Source: Saprolegnia diclina VS20
Lineage: Eukaryota
NCBI RefSeq assembly: GCF_000281045.1
Contig: NW_008246084.1
Location: 199,538-237,194 of the forward strand
DNA length: 37,657 nt
Direction of reading: 5' to 3'
Positions 12,302 to 23,923 of the stretch are shown piece after piece. The notes beneath the pieces were generated by a model. That model saw nothing but the letters and a program-made list of their open reading frames with translations. It made no database searches and was not told where the DNA came from. Positions within the stretch are counted from its first letter, which is position 1; each line of letters starts with the position of its first letter. The translations under genes were made by a program, and so were the position numbers.

Positions 12302-13679
12302 GATGGCCACCACAAACAAGCTCCGAATGAACTATCCGGAAAAACCGGTCGTTTCCGGATACACTGCAATCGACTAAATACACGCAACCAGGATTTGGAG
12401 CCCAGGCTGCAGCGCTTGCAAAGATGAGCAAAGGTGCACGCAACGCCATCGTTGATGCATGTACCAGGAGGCGCATACAAAAAATGCGCTGGGCGCAGGA
12501 GTTGGACGCAGTTTTACGCTTCCGACGCGCTCGATGCATCAAGCGATACAATGTAGTACGAATTAACGACGAGGTGGTATGATTTAGTATCTAATTCGTA
12601 GGCTGGCACGTTGTCATTGGCCGAGAGGGCCAAGAATGGCGCGTCGGCCCCGACGTTGACGTCGATCGAGGTATGTGATTCGGAAGGACGTCAATAGGTG
12701 TTGAGCGCTGCCTGTCACTACTACATGGCCCAGGACGTGGGTCTCGTACACCATTTGTGCCCACTCGCGGCTTCCGATATTAGCGCAGTGTAGCTGAGGA
12801 AAGGGTAGCGCAAAGGTGATCACCCCAGCATTGCGCGGACGTTCTTCAATTGATCGAGTAAGTCTTCATTTGATCGAGTAAGTCGGCGTGTCCTACCTCG
12901 CCTTTGCGACGCTGGTAGAAGCGACCGTCGGCATGCTTCGCTGCAAGAAGGAGAAGCGTCCACTGGCTCGTACCGGCACACGAGAAGAAAGCTTACCGCT
13001 CGATGATGTATGTTGGTAGGTGATAAAGATGGATGACGCCCGTTGGCTGCATGACACCCATGGGAGCGGAAGCCTGTCCGACGTTGCTGCGGAAGTGCGT
13101 CCCAAAGCGCCGTCAGATACGAGCACATCGTGGATCTGGCCGATATGGATAGCGTGCGGCAACTCGATAATTGTCTATGACCTGATAGACAAGTTGTCTC
13201 CGATGGTCGCTCTTGATGCAATCGCTGGAATCGTGAGACGCGTCGCTTTTTTGCTACCTGTCTACACCCCCGCCGAAGATCGCACAGAATTCGGTCGAAT
13301 TCGGTCCATCGCTGTGATTGGTGGAAATACCGCCAAGTTCAAGAAAAAAAGAACATACAAAAATCAAGTCAAATGCCTTCGAGGTCGTTCGGACCTTTCT
13401 TCCTTGGATAGCTCCACCCAACTCGAGATGGCTCATTGCCTCGGTGCTGGGGTGGCATCCATTTTCGCGGTCTTTCATTGTGCGTGTTATCTTCAATTAT
13501 GAGGTATCACTGCATGCGCATGGTCTATCGACGGTCTTAGAGATCGGTACCATCCTACCATAATCAGTGTCATGGCCGGGCCGAGGCCCAGAGTTGGGTG
13601 TTTTCGAACTCGGCGTCCCATTGGTCATAAATCCGAGCAGTGGTGTCCAGCAGGGTTCCTTTGCCTTCCTCATCTCATC

Positions 13680-14254
13680 ATGTTGCGCCGATTCAGCACC
13701 AAGGTCGTCCTGCCCAAGGTCAAGGCCCCGCGCGTCCGCCGGGAGGTCCCCGCGCCCATCATCCTCGTAGGCCATGCGTCATCCTGTGCATGGAGCTCAC
13801 GCTGGCGTAGACACAAGGAGCGGCGGACCGCATCAAGGAGCTGCTCGAGAACCAGCCGGACGCGATCGGACTGCGCATTGGCGTCCGGACCCGTACGCCG
13901 CCACTTCATGGCCTCCCATAGCTCACCATGGCTCTAGGCGGCTGCAGCGGTCTCTCATACACGATGAACTATGCGACCGAGAAGATCAAATTTGAAGAAG
14001 AAGTCAACGACAAGGGTATGGTTTTCGTCGATGACGACGATGACGACTCACGCATCATAGGCGTCCGGGTATTCGTCGAGCCCAAGGCGCTCTTCCACAT
14101 CGTGGGCACCACCATGGACTACAAGGTAGCATGGCCGTCATCGCGAACCAGCGCCTCATCGCGCATGTAGATCACGCCCGTCTCGGCCGAGTTCACATTT
14201 GAGAACCCCAACGCCAAGGGCACGTGCGGGTGTGGCGAGAGCTTCAACGCGTAG
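13680..14254 (+). CDS. ISCA1: Mitochondrial A-type Fe-S cluster assembly protein (HesB/IscA), 5 exons
   Basis: Presequence MLRRFSTK; spliced ...LRIGVRTRGCSGLSYTMNY...VRVFVEPKALFHIVGTTMDYK|ITPVSAEFTFENPNAKGTCGCGESFNA*. Confidence 0.93.
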
Positions 14255-14341
14255 TCCGGTGTATTAGCTCTCTTCGTCACCGCCAACATAGAATCGTGTC
14301 GTGTACAGTGTCTTGCGTTTCATGTACAGTGGATTGTCTAC

Positions 14342-15354
14342 CTACAAGCGCGCGGTCGGCTTGATCGAGATGCGCGCCACAATGACCGTGATGTCGTCGG
14401 GCTTGAGGTTGTGGTCGAGCGACGCTTGCACGATGCTTGTCGCTGCGTCCTTGAGGTCCTTCACCGAGAGGACGCCGAGGAGCGACTGGATACGCCCATG
14501 CCAGTACCGGCGCCACGACGCGACCGGCTACGCGGAACCGTGAGTTTGAAGAAGCGGCGGAGAGTCGTCAGCGTACAGGGAAGAAGGCAGGTACTTCTTG
14601 GAGGTCCCGCGCAAAGTTGTCCCAGACACCGTCCGTCGCGAGGACAATGAGGTCGCCGTCCTGGAGCTCGATCTCGCCCGTGTTGGCCTAAGGACGACGC
14701 AGCCATCAGAGACGCAGTGTCCCTCCCACGTACCTCGCTTGGCATGTTCTCCATGGCACCCATGACGCGGAAGCGCGGAGGGATCTTGGCGAGCTGGTAC
14801 GGCGCGAGGCCAATTGACTGGAACGCGCTGCGGAACCAGACTGCGCCGTTGCGGACAATGCAAAAGCCAGAGTCGCCCAAGTTCGAGTACTCGAGAATCG
14901 GCGCGCCTGTCTTGGGGTCTTCCTTGATGTTGAGAATGCACGCGGTCGTCGACCCGGCCTCGACGTGGTCGTCGTCGAGGACCATTGCGTACGCTTTCTC
15001 GAGGATCTCAGACGTCGAGCGCGATCCGTCGGCCAGCGTCAGCGCGTTGCGCATGAGCGCGCGCGAGATGCGGCTCGGGTCGACGTTGTTCTCGTTCCAG
15101 CCACCGACGCCGTCGGCGACGCCCACGTACGCCTGCGAGATAAAGAACGAGTCTTCGCCGCAGTTGTCGGCGCGCGGGATCGCGTCCATCTGGAGGCAGC
15201 GCTTGCCCTTGCAGGCGGCGTGGGCCTCAAAGAGGAAGGCTGAGAACTCGCGCTTGGACGACGACGCCGACGGCTTGGACGCGCGGCTGCTGAAGGCTCT
15301 CGCCGGCGCCTTGAGCTGGGCCTTGAGCATCGAGCGCGACGTGCGAGCGAACAT
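14342..15354 (-). CDS. PTC7: PP2C-family phosphatase PTC7 homolog, 3 exons, with mitochondrial-like presequence
   Basis: GEDSFF, GVADGVGGW, GSTTAC, NLGDSGF, PYQL, DLIVLATDGVWDN, KPDDITVIVARI motifs. Confidence 0.9.
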
Positions 15355-15815
15355 GACCACAGCACGCAATGGCGACCACGTCAAAAACCACGTTAAACTA
15401 ACGTTAAATTAAATGGACCAGTTGTTAGAGCAATGTTATAACACAGTTCACGTCGTGGCAACATATTCCCTCTTTTTAACGACTAAAGCAACCTCTGTGA
15501 GCTTGTCATTTCTACCTTGTACCCCGTTTTAGACACAATAAGTCGCTAATGCCGGGGAATTCTGCGTTGTTGGAGTATCGCCGTATTGTCGGCCCCGTTT
15601 CGAGAGCACCAAGCACAGTGCGCATGCAACGCGAGACCCATTCGAGGCCGAGCCACTGTATCAAGAGAGTCTCTCCATGAGCAAGCCGGTCGACAGCGGA
15701 AGCGACGCTGCTGGGATCAACCACGTCGTTCTGGCCCTGGCATGGACCAATCACAAGCCGCGAATCCATCGCATGCAAACACCAAGTCTACGAAAGTGCA
15801 CTTTCGAACAAGACG

Positions 15816-18027
15816 ATGATGCTGCGAGGGCTTCAACGCGGCTCGGTGCGGCTCGGCGGGCCATGCATGCGGCTCGCTGTCCGCGCCTTGAGCTCGGTCG
15901 AGCCATTGCCGCCCAAGCAATTGCCGCTCGTGTACGAAGCGCCGCTCGCAGCTCGGGTGACGGCGATCACGCGGGCCATGGCGGCGACCAACGCCATTAC
16001 GTGCGTGGGCATCCCAATGGCGTACACGCTCGGCCACTTTCCGCTCGCGACGCCAAGCCAGGTACACGCGCTTGGATTCGCCGCGTTTACCTTGTTTACT
16101 CTGCGTAGCTGGCCATCTACGGCGCCCTCACGGTACAGGACGTTGCGGACGCAGTGCTCATGGCGCGTAGGGCATTGGCGCCGTCTCGACGGGGCTCATC
16201 CACATGCTCTTTTCGCCGTACGTGACACGCATGTGGGCGGACACATTGTCCAAGAAGATTGCGATTGAAAACGTGACGCTGCTTGGGACGACGACGCGCA
16301 CCGAGCTGCGCGCGAGCGACATCTCGCGCAACGCGACGACGTGGCACCCGATGGTCAACTACACGAGCTTGCAGTGCCCGCTCTTCTTGCATAGCAGTGG
16401 CAGCGCGCTCCTCGATACGCTATTGTCGCCCAAGTTGAAGGACGCGGTGTACGATGCTCGCCGGCGCCGGGACAAGGCGTCGGACACGTCGCCCATGCTC
16501 TTTGGCAAGCGACTGGTAAACAAACATGTGGTATTAGCAGTTGAGACAGTAGTGTAGACGCTGCGGTTTGACCCGACGGGCCGCATGACGCACGAAGACT
16601 TTAGCCGCCATGATGTACTCAAGATGGTGCGGAAAGCAGCCGTGCCCGCGTCCACGTGGGTATGTCATCCCACGTCGTCTAGTGCAGTATGATGAGATGA
16701 CGTAGAGTGACACGCCAGAGTACCGCGCGCACGTGAAAGCGCGTCCGAGCAGTCGGAGTAACAAGGGTGTGGTCGACATTCCGGTACAAAGATGAGCTCA
16801 AATAGTGGCGTTGAATTAGCCCATTTGGCGTAGAACATTCACATGCGCGACATTCGCAAGCTCGACAATGCGTTTGCGATTGCGAGCAAGCCGTCGATCA
16901 CGGTGCGGCGCGGCGCGATCCTCGTCAACGCCGGTAGGAATGTATCGGGCGTCTAAACGAACGCCACTTACCATGTTCCTTAGACCCGATCCGCGCCATC
17001 ATTATGCAAAACAACTGCGTCATCTTCCTCCAAGAAGGCGCCGAGGGCGTCATTCCTCTGCTTGAGTCCAATTTCAAAGAATTTGATTCGCAGGACCACC
17101 CGTTTGAGTTTACGTTCGTGCTGCCTAGCCCTTTTCTATACCTAGGAAATGGCTAATGGCTTGTAGGGCGCTGGAATCGCTGCTTTTGACCATTTGCACG
17201 TACAGAGTGCTGCTCGAAACGAGATTTTCATACTGTTGCTGACTGTAGGATCCTCGAGAAGGACTCTGCGCGGGTCTTGCCGCAAGCCCAAGCGGCCATC
17301 GACAAGATGAGCCAAGACGCGACGCTCGCCGGCGAGCTCGAGACGCTTCGTTCAATGAAGAACACGCTCGACGAACTCAATTCGCGCGTATTATCAACTC
17401 AAATATGCTACGACTACGGACCAACAATATTCTCTGGTCCAGGTCACGGGCACCCGCAAGGCGTTTGTGGACATTCTCGAAAATGAAGAAGATTTGCGCA
17501 TGATGCACTTGACCAAGGTATACATTTTATGCCATAGTATGGGTTTACATGAACCAACTAGCTGCACGACGACCCGGCGCTTGTGTACGACCTCTTTAGC
17601 TTTGATTCGGAAGAGCTCGAGTCGCTTCTGGAAGTCTACTTGGAGGTAAACCTTTTACGTAGTGAAAATGTATGAAAAAATGCCAAATAATGATTTATCC
17701 GACTAGGATATTTACGATACGCAAACGCGCGTGGCGCTCATGCTGGAAAACATGCTCAACACGAAAAACATTGCGATGCTCAAGCTCGACGCCAAGCGCA
17801 ACTACCTCATGACGCTCAACCTGACGCTGACGCTCTGGACGACGCTCATCACGGTGCCAACATTTGTCGTCGGCGCGTTCGGCATGAACCTCAACTCATC
17901 CCTCCAGGAGGTCGACTACCTCTTTTACATTGTGTCGGGCCTCGCGATCGGCTTTCCCATTGGCGCCTACCGCTACATTTTGCGCTACTTTCGCCAGCGT
18001 GGGATTTCACTTACGTGGAAAAACTAA
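15816..18027 (+). CDS. MRS2: Putative TMEM70-like::Mrs2/CorA Mg2+ channel fusion gene, multi-exon
   Basis: Exons 15816-16061, 16109-16132 and 16171-16515 are paralogous to 2668-3357. A phase-0 GT-AG intron 16516-16557 joins GKRL|TLRFDPTG..SRHDVLK. Later exons give HMRDIRKLD, ITVRRGAILVN, PFEFTALE, EDLRMMHLT, LLEVY, LDAKRN and FGMN with two TM helices. The Mrs2 part is firm; the fusion is inferred. Confidence 0.8.
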
Positions 18028-18554
18028 ACTAACTTTGCTAAGTACAAGTTGTCTTACAGTTGAAACCTACCCCTAATCTCCAAGTTCAGGGTCATGATAG
18101 TGGAGCGTATACGCTTGTGAAGTACCACGTCGTGTTGGGAAAAGCTCGAGCACCAAGCAAAATGACGAAAATGTTGTTTGGCTACAGAGAGAGACATATG
18201 TCTACCAAAATATCGTCGTTGGCACGACACTTGCGACATGAACCGTGCTGAGTGCTGAGCAATCTACAGTACCAGACCCATCTCTTCTAAATCGTTACTA
18301 GTACGATCGAATACTACAACAATATTCGCTGCCGAAACTCGGATCTCGAGGTTCCGTCGTTGATGGCGCCGAGTTTAATGCGCTGGATCAGAGGTTGCTG
18401 CGACGCGTCCTCAGATTCGAGAGCCGACGCGATTGTCATAGAACGGTGCAAGCGATGCGCTACGATAGCAGTCACATGGCAGCAGTTAAATTTCACGAGA
18501 GAAATTACTACATACGCTGCTCCACTATTCTGCAAATATCCAAAAACAAAAAGC

Positions 18555-19427
18555 TCAAACCGAGAGCGCGTCAAGGCGGGCGTCGGCGCGGGTGCGCTTG
18601 TGCTTGCGGTGGAGTTTGTAGTACGTCCAGTCGCGGCAGAACGTACACTGGTACGTCCCAGCCAAGAGCACCGTGTTGGTGGCCGACGTGAGCGCATTCG
18701 GCTTGAACTTCGCGCACTCATCGCAGCACGGCTCGGGGCCCCGCTTGCGCAGGTTGAACGGATGCTCGTTCGTGAACGTGACCATGACGACCTTCTTTGT
18801 GGTCGCGGCCAACGGGTGGGCGTCGCCGTCAGAGCGTTCGGAGTCGAGCGCAGCCGNNNNNNNNNNNNNNNNNNNNNNNNNNNNNNNNNNNNNNNNNNNN
18901 NNNNNNNNNNNNNNNNNNNNNNNNNNNNNNNNNNNNNNNNNNNNNNNNNNNNNNNNNNNNNNNNNNNNNNNNNNNNNNNNNNNNNNNNNNNNNNNNNNNN
19001 NNNNNNNNNNNNNNNNNNNNNNNNNNNNNNNNNNNNNNNNNNNNNNNNNNNNNNNNNNNNNNNNNNNNNNNNNNNNNNNNNNNNNNNNNNNNNNNNNNNN
19101 NNNNNNNNNNNNNNNNNNNNNNNNNNNNNNNNNNNNNNNNNNNNNNNNNNNNNNNNNNNNNNNNNNNNNNNNNNNNNNNNNNNNNNNNNNNNNNNNNNNN
19201 NNNNNNNNNNNNNNNNNNNNNNNNNNNNNNNNNNNNNNNNNNNNNNNNNNNNNNNNNNNNNNNNNNNNNNNNNNNNNNNNNNNNNNNNNNNNNNNNNNNN
19301 NNNNNNNNNNNNNNNNNNNNNNNNNNNNNNNNNNNNNNNNNNNNNNNNNNNNNNNNNNNNNNNNNNNNNNNNNNNNNNNNNNNNNNNNNNTATTGCGGGG
19401 ACGTTGCTCGAGGTCGATCGTCGCCAT
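18555..19427 (-). CDS. Hypothetical protein spanning the assembly gap, Cys-containing C-terminus
   Basis: About 100 codons of GC3-rich open frame left of the gap (CCDEC...YQCTFC) and a candidate start MATIDLEQRPRN right of it; continuity cannot be verified. Confidence 0.45.
   Translation of the reverse strand: MATIDLEQRPRNXXXXXXXXXXXXXXXXXXXXXXXXXXXXXXXXXXXXXXXXXXXXXXXXXXXXXXXXXXXXXXXXXXXXXXXXXXXXXXXXXXXXXXXXXXXXXXXXXXXXXXXXXXXXXXXXXXXXXXXXXXXXXXXXXXXXXXXXXXXXXXXXXXXXXXXXXXXXXXXXXXXXXXXXXXXXXXXXXXXAALDSERSDGDAHPLAATTKKVVMVTFTNEHPFNLRKRGPEPCCDECAKFKPNALTSATNTVLLAGTYQCTFCRDWTYYKLHRKHKRTRADARLDALSV
18857..19390. other. Assembly gap (534 N)
   Basis: Run of N. Confidence 0.99.
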
Positions 19428-19678
19428 GGTTTGTTTCCGACTGACGGCAACGACACGACACGGGCATACGCCCGTTGGCGTCCATGTTTATCCGGAGGAA
19501 TATGAGCTGGCAGTCTGTGCTCTGTGTATTATCCGGACTACACGAGCCAGACGGCCCATCTTGGCAACGGGCGAGAACCTTGCTGCTTGGTCCACTCATG
19601 CAGGTACAGTACTGCAGCACGAGCATAAATAGTATGGCATCGCGGTTAGAGTCCTAGTATGTGCTTACACGACCTTAG

Positions 19679-22036
19679 CTACAACCGCATGATGCCGTCG
19701 CTTTTGACCGGCTGCAGCGTCGTCGACTTGGTGTCCATCGACGGACGGCAGAGAACGGCGAGCGTCTCGAGGCTATCGAGTGGCTTGAGCGCCGACTCCA
19801 TTGCGGCTTGCTGCTCGTCGTGCATCTTTTCGGCGCGCCAGCGCTGGTAGAGCAGTACGACTTGGCGCACCATGAGCGCCGCGAGCACGAGGAGCTGAAG
19901 CGCGACGATGATGTTGCTCACAGCGTCGTGGAAGCCTTGGGGCAGCCCTTCGATCGACGAGATCAAAAACATCGAGAGGATCAGCGTCACAATCTTGACG
20001 AGCGTGATGAGCGCCATCGAGTGCTGCAGGAAGCGCGTCTGGAACGGCTGGCACTGCTCGAGGTGCACGAGAAAGCAAATGTGGAAGACTAGGATGAGCA
20101 CGATCTGGAGGGTTGCGTTCATAAAGGCCGCGCCGGTCGTCATGCCGCAGAGCAGCGCCAAGAGCATCTTGGGCGCAAAGAAGAACCGGTTCTCAAACGT
20201 ATACTCGTCGTAGAGGGCGCCGTAGCGCATGTTGACCGCCTTCTTTGTGTGCTCGACCTTGGCCACGTCGAGGAGGTCGCGTTCGTGCTTCTGGATGATA
20301 TAATAGCCAAAGCCCAAGAGCCCGACGGCCAGAAAGAGCAGCGAGAGGATCGCAAGGAAGAAGGAGACGTCAAAGACATGGTCGCGGAAACCGAGGTAGA
20401 GCTGGTAGACGCCCGTGACACCGATCGCATACTGCGACGCCATGCCGAGGATGACGAGCCCGCCAATCGCATAGTCGAACCACGTCTTGGTCATGTCCGG
20501 CTTCTTGAGCACATGATGGACAAAGCCCACGGCGAGACCGTAGAGCAAGAAGACGGCGGCGCCCGCGACAAGAACACCGAGGAGCGTGATGAGGAAGAGG
20601 CGGTTCTCGGGCACACCGATCGTGACGGCGTACTGGCACACGCCTTGGCAGTCGCCGGACGTCGTTGTGAGGAAGCGTGTCGCTTGGGTTGCGGATGCCG
20701 TGGCGTTGGCGTCGTCCGAAAAGAGGAACCCGAGGTAGTTGAAGACCGCAAATTTCATCTGCGCACCAAATTCCGTGAGCACGTTGCTCTTCTCGGAGAG
20801 CGGGATCTGGTTGAGCATGCTGCCAAACTGCAGCATGTCGAACGTAAAGAGCATCATCGACGAGCTCGCAGCGACCGTGGTGGCGGCCGACGCCGACGAC
20901 ACGAGGCCGCCTGATATCGAAACCACCGTGCCAATCGCGATCGTGGCCGCGGCGGTCGTCTTGGCGAGCGGTGCGACTGCCGCCTCGGCGTTGGTGGGCA
21001 CCCAGTTCCAGAGCGGATTGACCGCGGGCGCCGGTGTTGGCGAGGCGGGTGCCGTTGTCGTCGACGACGACCACGGAGCCGGGCACCCGCAAGACGCCAG
21101 CGTCGACGTCGTGTTGCCTGCCACCGGGCACACGGACGCCACCGACACGTTCCGAATCGTCGACGCAATCGCAGACGGAAAGAACGACGCAACGTCGATC
21201 GACGCGTAGATGGACGAGAAGGCCCCGGCGTGAAGGTGGTAGTTCCACACCCCGGCGTCGCACGATGGAAGCGTGCAGAGCGAGACGCAAACATCATGAA
21301 GCGAGGGTGCGGACCCTTTGTACACGGCGCACGCCGCTGCGTCAACAGCCGCCGACACGTTGAGCGGCGCGCCGGCGCACGTGAGGTTGCGCGTTGCCCA
21401 CTGCCCGTAGAACGTCGCGTCGCATGCGATATCAAACGGACTCGGTGTCGGAAGCGGCGACAGCGTAATCACGTCGTTGCTGCCGCTGCGACTGCCGCTC
21501 CACGAACCTTCGTTGGGCACTGGCGTCGGGACGACCGGCGTCGACACGGGCGTCGGCTGCGGGACGAGCGTCGAAGTGTTGGTGTGATTGCTGTCGACGA
21601 CTTCTCGAAGACGACGGTCGATTGTCGGTGCCGGGGTCTTTGTCTTGCTTGTCGGTTTGGGCGTGGCCGTGGTCGTCGGAGTCGCTGGAAGCGTTGTCGG
21701 TGCCACCGTGGCCGTCGTCGCGACCGGTGTAGCGTCCGGCGTGGGTACCGTCGTCGGCATCGGTGTCGTTGCATTGGCGTCCGGCGGCAATGTGGTTTCG
21801 TTGGGCAGCAACGACGTCGGCGCCGGCGTCGATGCATCAGGAAAGAGCGTGGCGGGCGCCATCGTTGGCTCGTCGTTGGTGCTGCTCGGATTCTTGGTCG
21901 TACGGCTTGGCGTCGACGTGGGCGCTGGCGTCGACGTGGGCGCTGGCGTCGCCGCCCGCGTGGTGTATACGACGCTGCACGTCGTGCCCGCCTCGGCGAT
22001 CGCGATGGCGCTCACGAGCCACAGCACACGCCGCAT
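19679..22036 (-). CDS. Signal peptide + mucin-like Thr/Pro stalk + Cys domain + multi-pass TRP-like (fungal FLC/TRP-type) membrane protein
   Basis: MRRVLWLVSAIAIAEA signal, TPAPT repeats, Cys-rich segment, then DMLQF and several TM segments with YGALYDEY and QPF motifs. Confidence 0.8.
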   Translation of the reverse strand: MRRVLWLVSAIAIAEAGTTCSVVYTTRAATPAPTSTPAPTSTPSRTTKNPSSTNDEPTMAPATLFPDASTPAPTSLLPNETTLPPDANATTPMPTTVPTPDATPVATTATVAPTTLPATPTTTATPKPTSKTKTPAPTIDRRLREVVDSNHTNTSTLVPQPTPVSTPVVPTPVPNEGSWSGSRSGSNDVITLSPLPTPSPFDIACDATFYGQWATRNLTCAGAPLNVSAAVDAAACAVYKGSAPSLHDVCVSLCTLPSCDAGVWNYHLHAGAFSSIYASIDVASFFPSAIASTIRNVSVASVCPVAGNTTSTLASCGCPAPWSSSTTTAPASPTPAPAVNPLWNWVPTNAEAAVAPLAKTTAAATIAIGTVVSISGGLVSSASAATTVAASSSMMLFTFDMLQFGSMLNQIPLSEKSNVLTEFGAQMKFAVFNYLGFLFSDDANATASATQATRFLTTTSGDCQGVCQYAVTIGVPENRLFLITLLGVLVAGAAVFLLYGLAVGFVHHVLKKPDMTKTWFDYAIGGLVILGMASQYAIGVTGVYQLYLGFRDHVFDVSFFLAILSLLFLAVGLLGFGYYIIQKHERDLLDVAKVEHTKKAVNMRYGALYDEYTFENRFFFAPKMLLALLCGMTTGAAFMNATLQIVLILVFHICFLVHLEQCQPFQTRFLQHSMALITLVKIVTLILSMFLISSIEGLPQGFHDAVSNIIVALQLLVLAALMVRQVVLLYQRWRAEKMHDEQQAAMESALKPLDSLETLAVLCRPSMDTKSTTLQPVKSDGIMRL

Positions 22037-22510
22037 GACGAGATGGAGAATGACAGCCGTCGGCCAGAGGCGCGCAAGAGACAGAGGCGCGCCATGTTAC
22101 CTAATTTCAGGCATCGGCGATCTCTTGGTGTTTGTATGTGGTAGAGGAGGCGAGGTCAATTACACTGCGGAACCGGCTCTTGAATCGGGATTTGTCCTGA
22201 TTGAAATATCGAAATCTAGGATCCCGCTTTTCGAACCGCCGCTGATTGGCCAGACGCGATGCGTGTCACGTTAAAGGTACACTTTTGTGCCCACCTGGTC
22301 GCGTGACCAACGCGCTTGGAGGCAACGGCAATTGGCCGACGCGCCTGGGCTGACACAAAGGGAAGTCGCGCCGTCGCTTTGGCTGCACTTACTACTAGTG
22401 AGCAAGGGTACCGCGACAGCACACGCAGTGAAGTGGGCTGCATCAACCACCAGAGAAACGCAACCTTGGATGAACATATTGTCATTCATATACGTAAATA
22501 AAGTTGTCGA

Positions 22511-23923
22511 CTATGTGTCTACAAGCGGGCGCTTCCGAGAGTTCGTGGAGTGCGGAAGGTACGCGCACGTGGCCACTTGCGGTGGCACAGGCAGCGGCTT
22601 TGCAAAGTAGGACGCCGCTCGATCGACGATCCGCTGGACGCTCGCGGGCACTGGCTTTTTCTTCTTCGTCGCTGGCTTGCGGCCGGATGCGCGGCCCGTG
22701 CGGGCTTCGGAGAGAAGCTTTGTCAAGCCGATCCAGTGGATCATCTCGGCCCGTTTGGCTGCAATGGCAATGCGCCACTGCAGCAGATGCACCGGCATGT
22801 CGAGCACAATCGAGCGGTAGCGCTTGCGGTACACTGCGCGCAAGAGCACCGATCGCACGCAACGCGGTGCAGGCAGCAGCGTATCGAGGCGACGCAGCGC
22901 GCGGCGCTCGGTGGTCTCGAGAAGCGAAGGCAGCACTGTGACGCGAAAGCGGCGCTGCTGAACGCGCAAGCGAAGGTATGCAAGGACGTTGCAGAAGACG
23001 CGGTGGTTGAGCCGGCTGCGCAAGTACTCGTCGGCAAACTTGCGCGCTTCGGTTGCCCAGCTAAAGGTGCCGCCGCAAAAGCACTGAATACTGTCGCAGC
23101 CGTCGCCCTTGGTGAGGTGCACGGCGCAGTGCGGGCACTTCGCCATCGCCGCGTCTGCCTGCAGCGTTCTGCAGGGCTCACCTTCGTGGTGGCCCGATGT
23201 CTTGCACACAAAGCAAATGTCGTGCTTGCAGCACATGGTAGCGGTGAACGGCGAGTGCTGGCGCCAGCAGAGGTAGAGCCGCGCTTGCCGCTCGACGTCG
23301 TCAAACATGCGGACGAGCACCGTGAGCGTAGGATCGAGGAGCAGACGCTGCGGCACCTGGCGTCGCACGAAGGCAAAGAGCTCTTGCGCTGAGACCTCGT
23401 AGCGACTGTACGCGCTGCAGCGATCGAGGAGGACTGGTGCTATCTCTTGCACCGCCGAGGGCAGGTGCGTCGCGAGGAGCTCGGCAGCGTTGGGCAATAT
23501 CCCGTCGAAATGCGCCTCGACGGACTTGCTCTTTGTCACGTTGGGCAAAAGGCTCTTTGTGTTGTGGCATGCAGGGCAGCGGACGCTGACGGCTGTCGTG
23601 ACTGCAGCTTGCAGCTCGTGAATGCTAGCGGCCTTGGGCGCGAGAGCACGAAGGCGGCGAAAGCTCACGGACCGAATACAGATCGGACACTCGACGCCAC
23701 GTACGATACCGGTCATGTGCGAAGTCACTTGGATCTGCAAAAAGCGAAGAAAGCAGTCGCGGCAAAAGATCGCTGGGCACGACGCGCCGCAGACAGCGGT
23801 GATGACGTCGCGGGTCCGCGCGTAGCACGCGGCGCACGTCTGCTTGGGCTGGCGCGTCGGTGTCGAAGCGATTTGCGCGCTTTGCGTGTCGAGGGCAGCT
23901 GCAAGGGGCGCAAGCGCGGTCAT
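22511..23923 (-). CDS. Atypical RBR (RING-IBR-RING)-like zinc-finger protein, paralog 1
   Basis: CAAC..C.ASC.AIFCRDC..CPIC; RCPAC [long insert] CCKHDICFVCK..HH....C; CPHC..TKGDGCDSIQCFCG..FSW; Arg-rich helical tail. Start 23923 or 23953. Confidence 0.8.
   Translation of the reverse strand: MTALAPLAAALDTQSAQIASTPTRQPKQTCAACYARTRDVITAVCGASCPAIFCRDCFLRFLQIQVTSHMTGIVRGVECPICIRSVSFRRLRALAPKAASIHELQAAVTTAVSVRCPACHNTKSLLPNVTKSKSVEAHFDGILPNAAELLATHLPSAVQEIAPVLLDRCSAYSRYEVSAQELFAFVRRQVPQRLLLDPTLTVLVRMFDDVERQARLYLCWRQHSPFTATMCCKHDICFVCKTSGHHEGEPCRTLQADAAMAKCPHCAVHLTKGDGCDSIQCFCGGTFSWATEARKFADEYLRSRLNHRVFCNVLAYLRLRVQQRRFRVTVLPSLLETTERRALRRLDTLLPAPRCVRSVLLRAVYRKRYRSIVLDMPVHLLQWRIAIAAKRAEMIHWIGLTKLLSEARTGRASGRKPATKKKKPVPASVQRIVDRAASYFAKPLPVPPQVATCAYLPHSTNSRKRPLVDT

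Noticed and set aside
9014..12427. Long + strand ORFs (549 and 575 aa) opposite DHX8
   Set aside because: Antisense shadows caused by high-GC3 codon bias; same for those opposite the LRR, TRP-like, RBR and family-A genes.
12614..13563. Short ORFs between DHX8 and ISCA1
   Set aside because: No motif, splice model or clear codon bias; cannot support a gene.
18314..19632. Several long ORFs crossing the N run
   Set aside because: Artefacts of translating N as X.
21909..21952. 18-bp tandem repeat
   Set aside because: Simply encodes TPAPTS mucin repeats.
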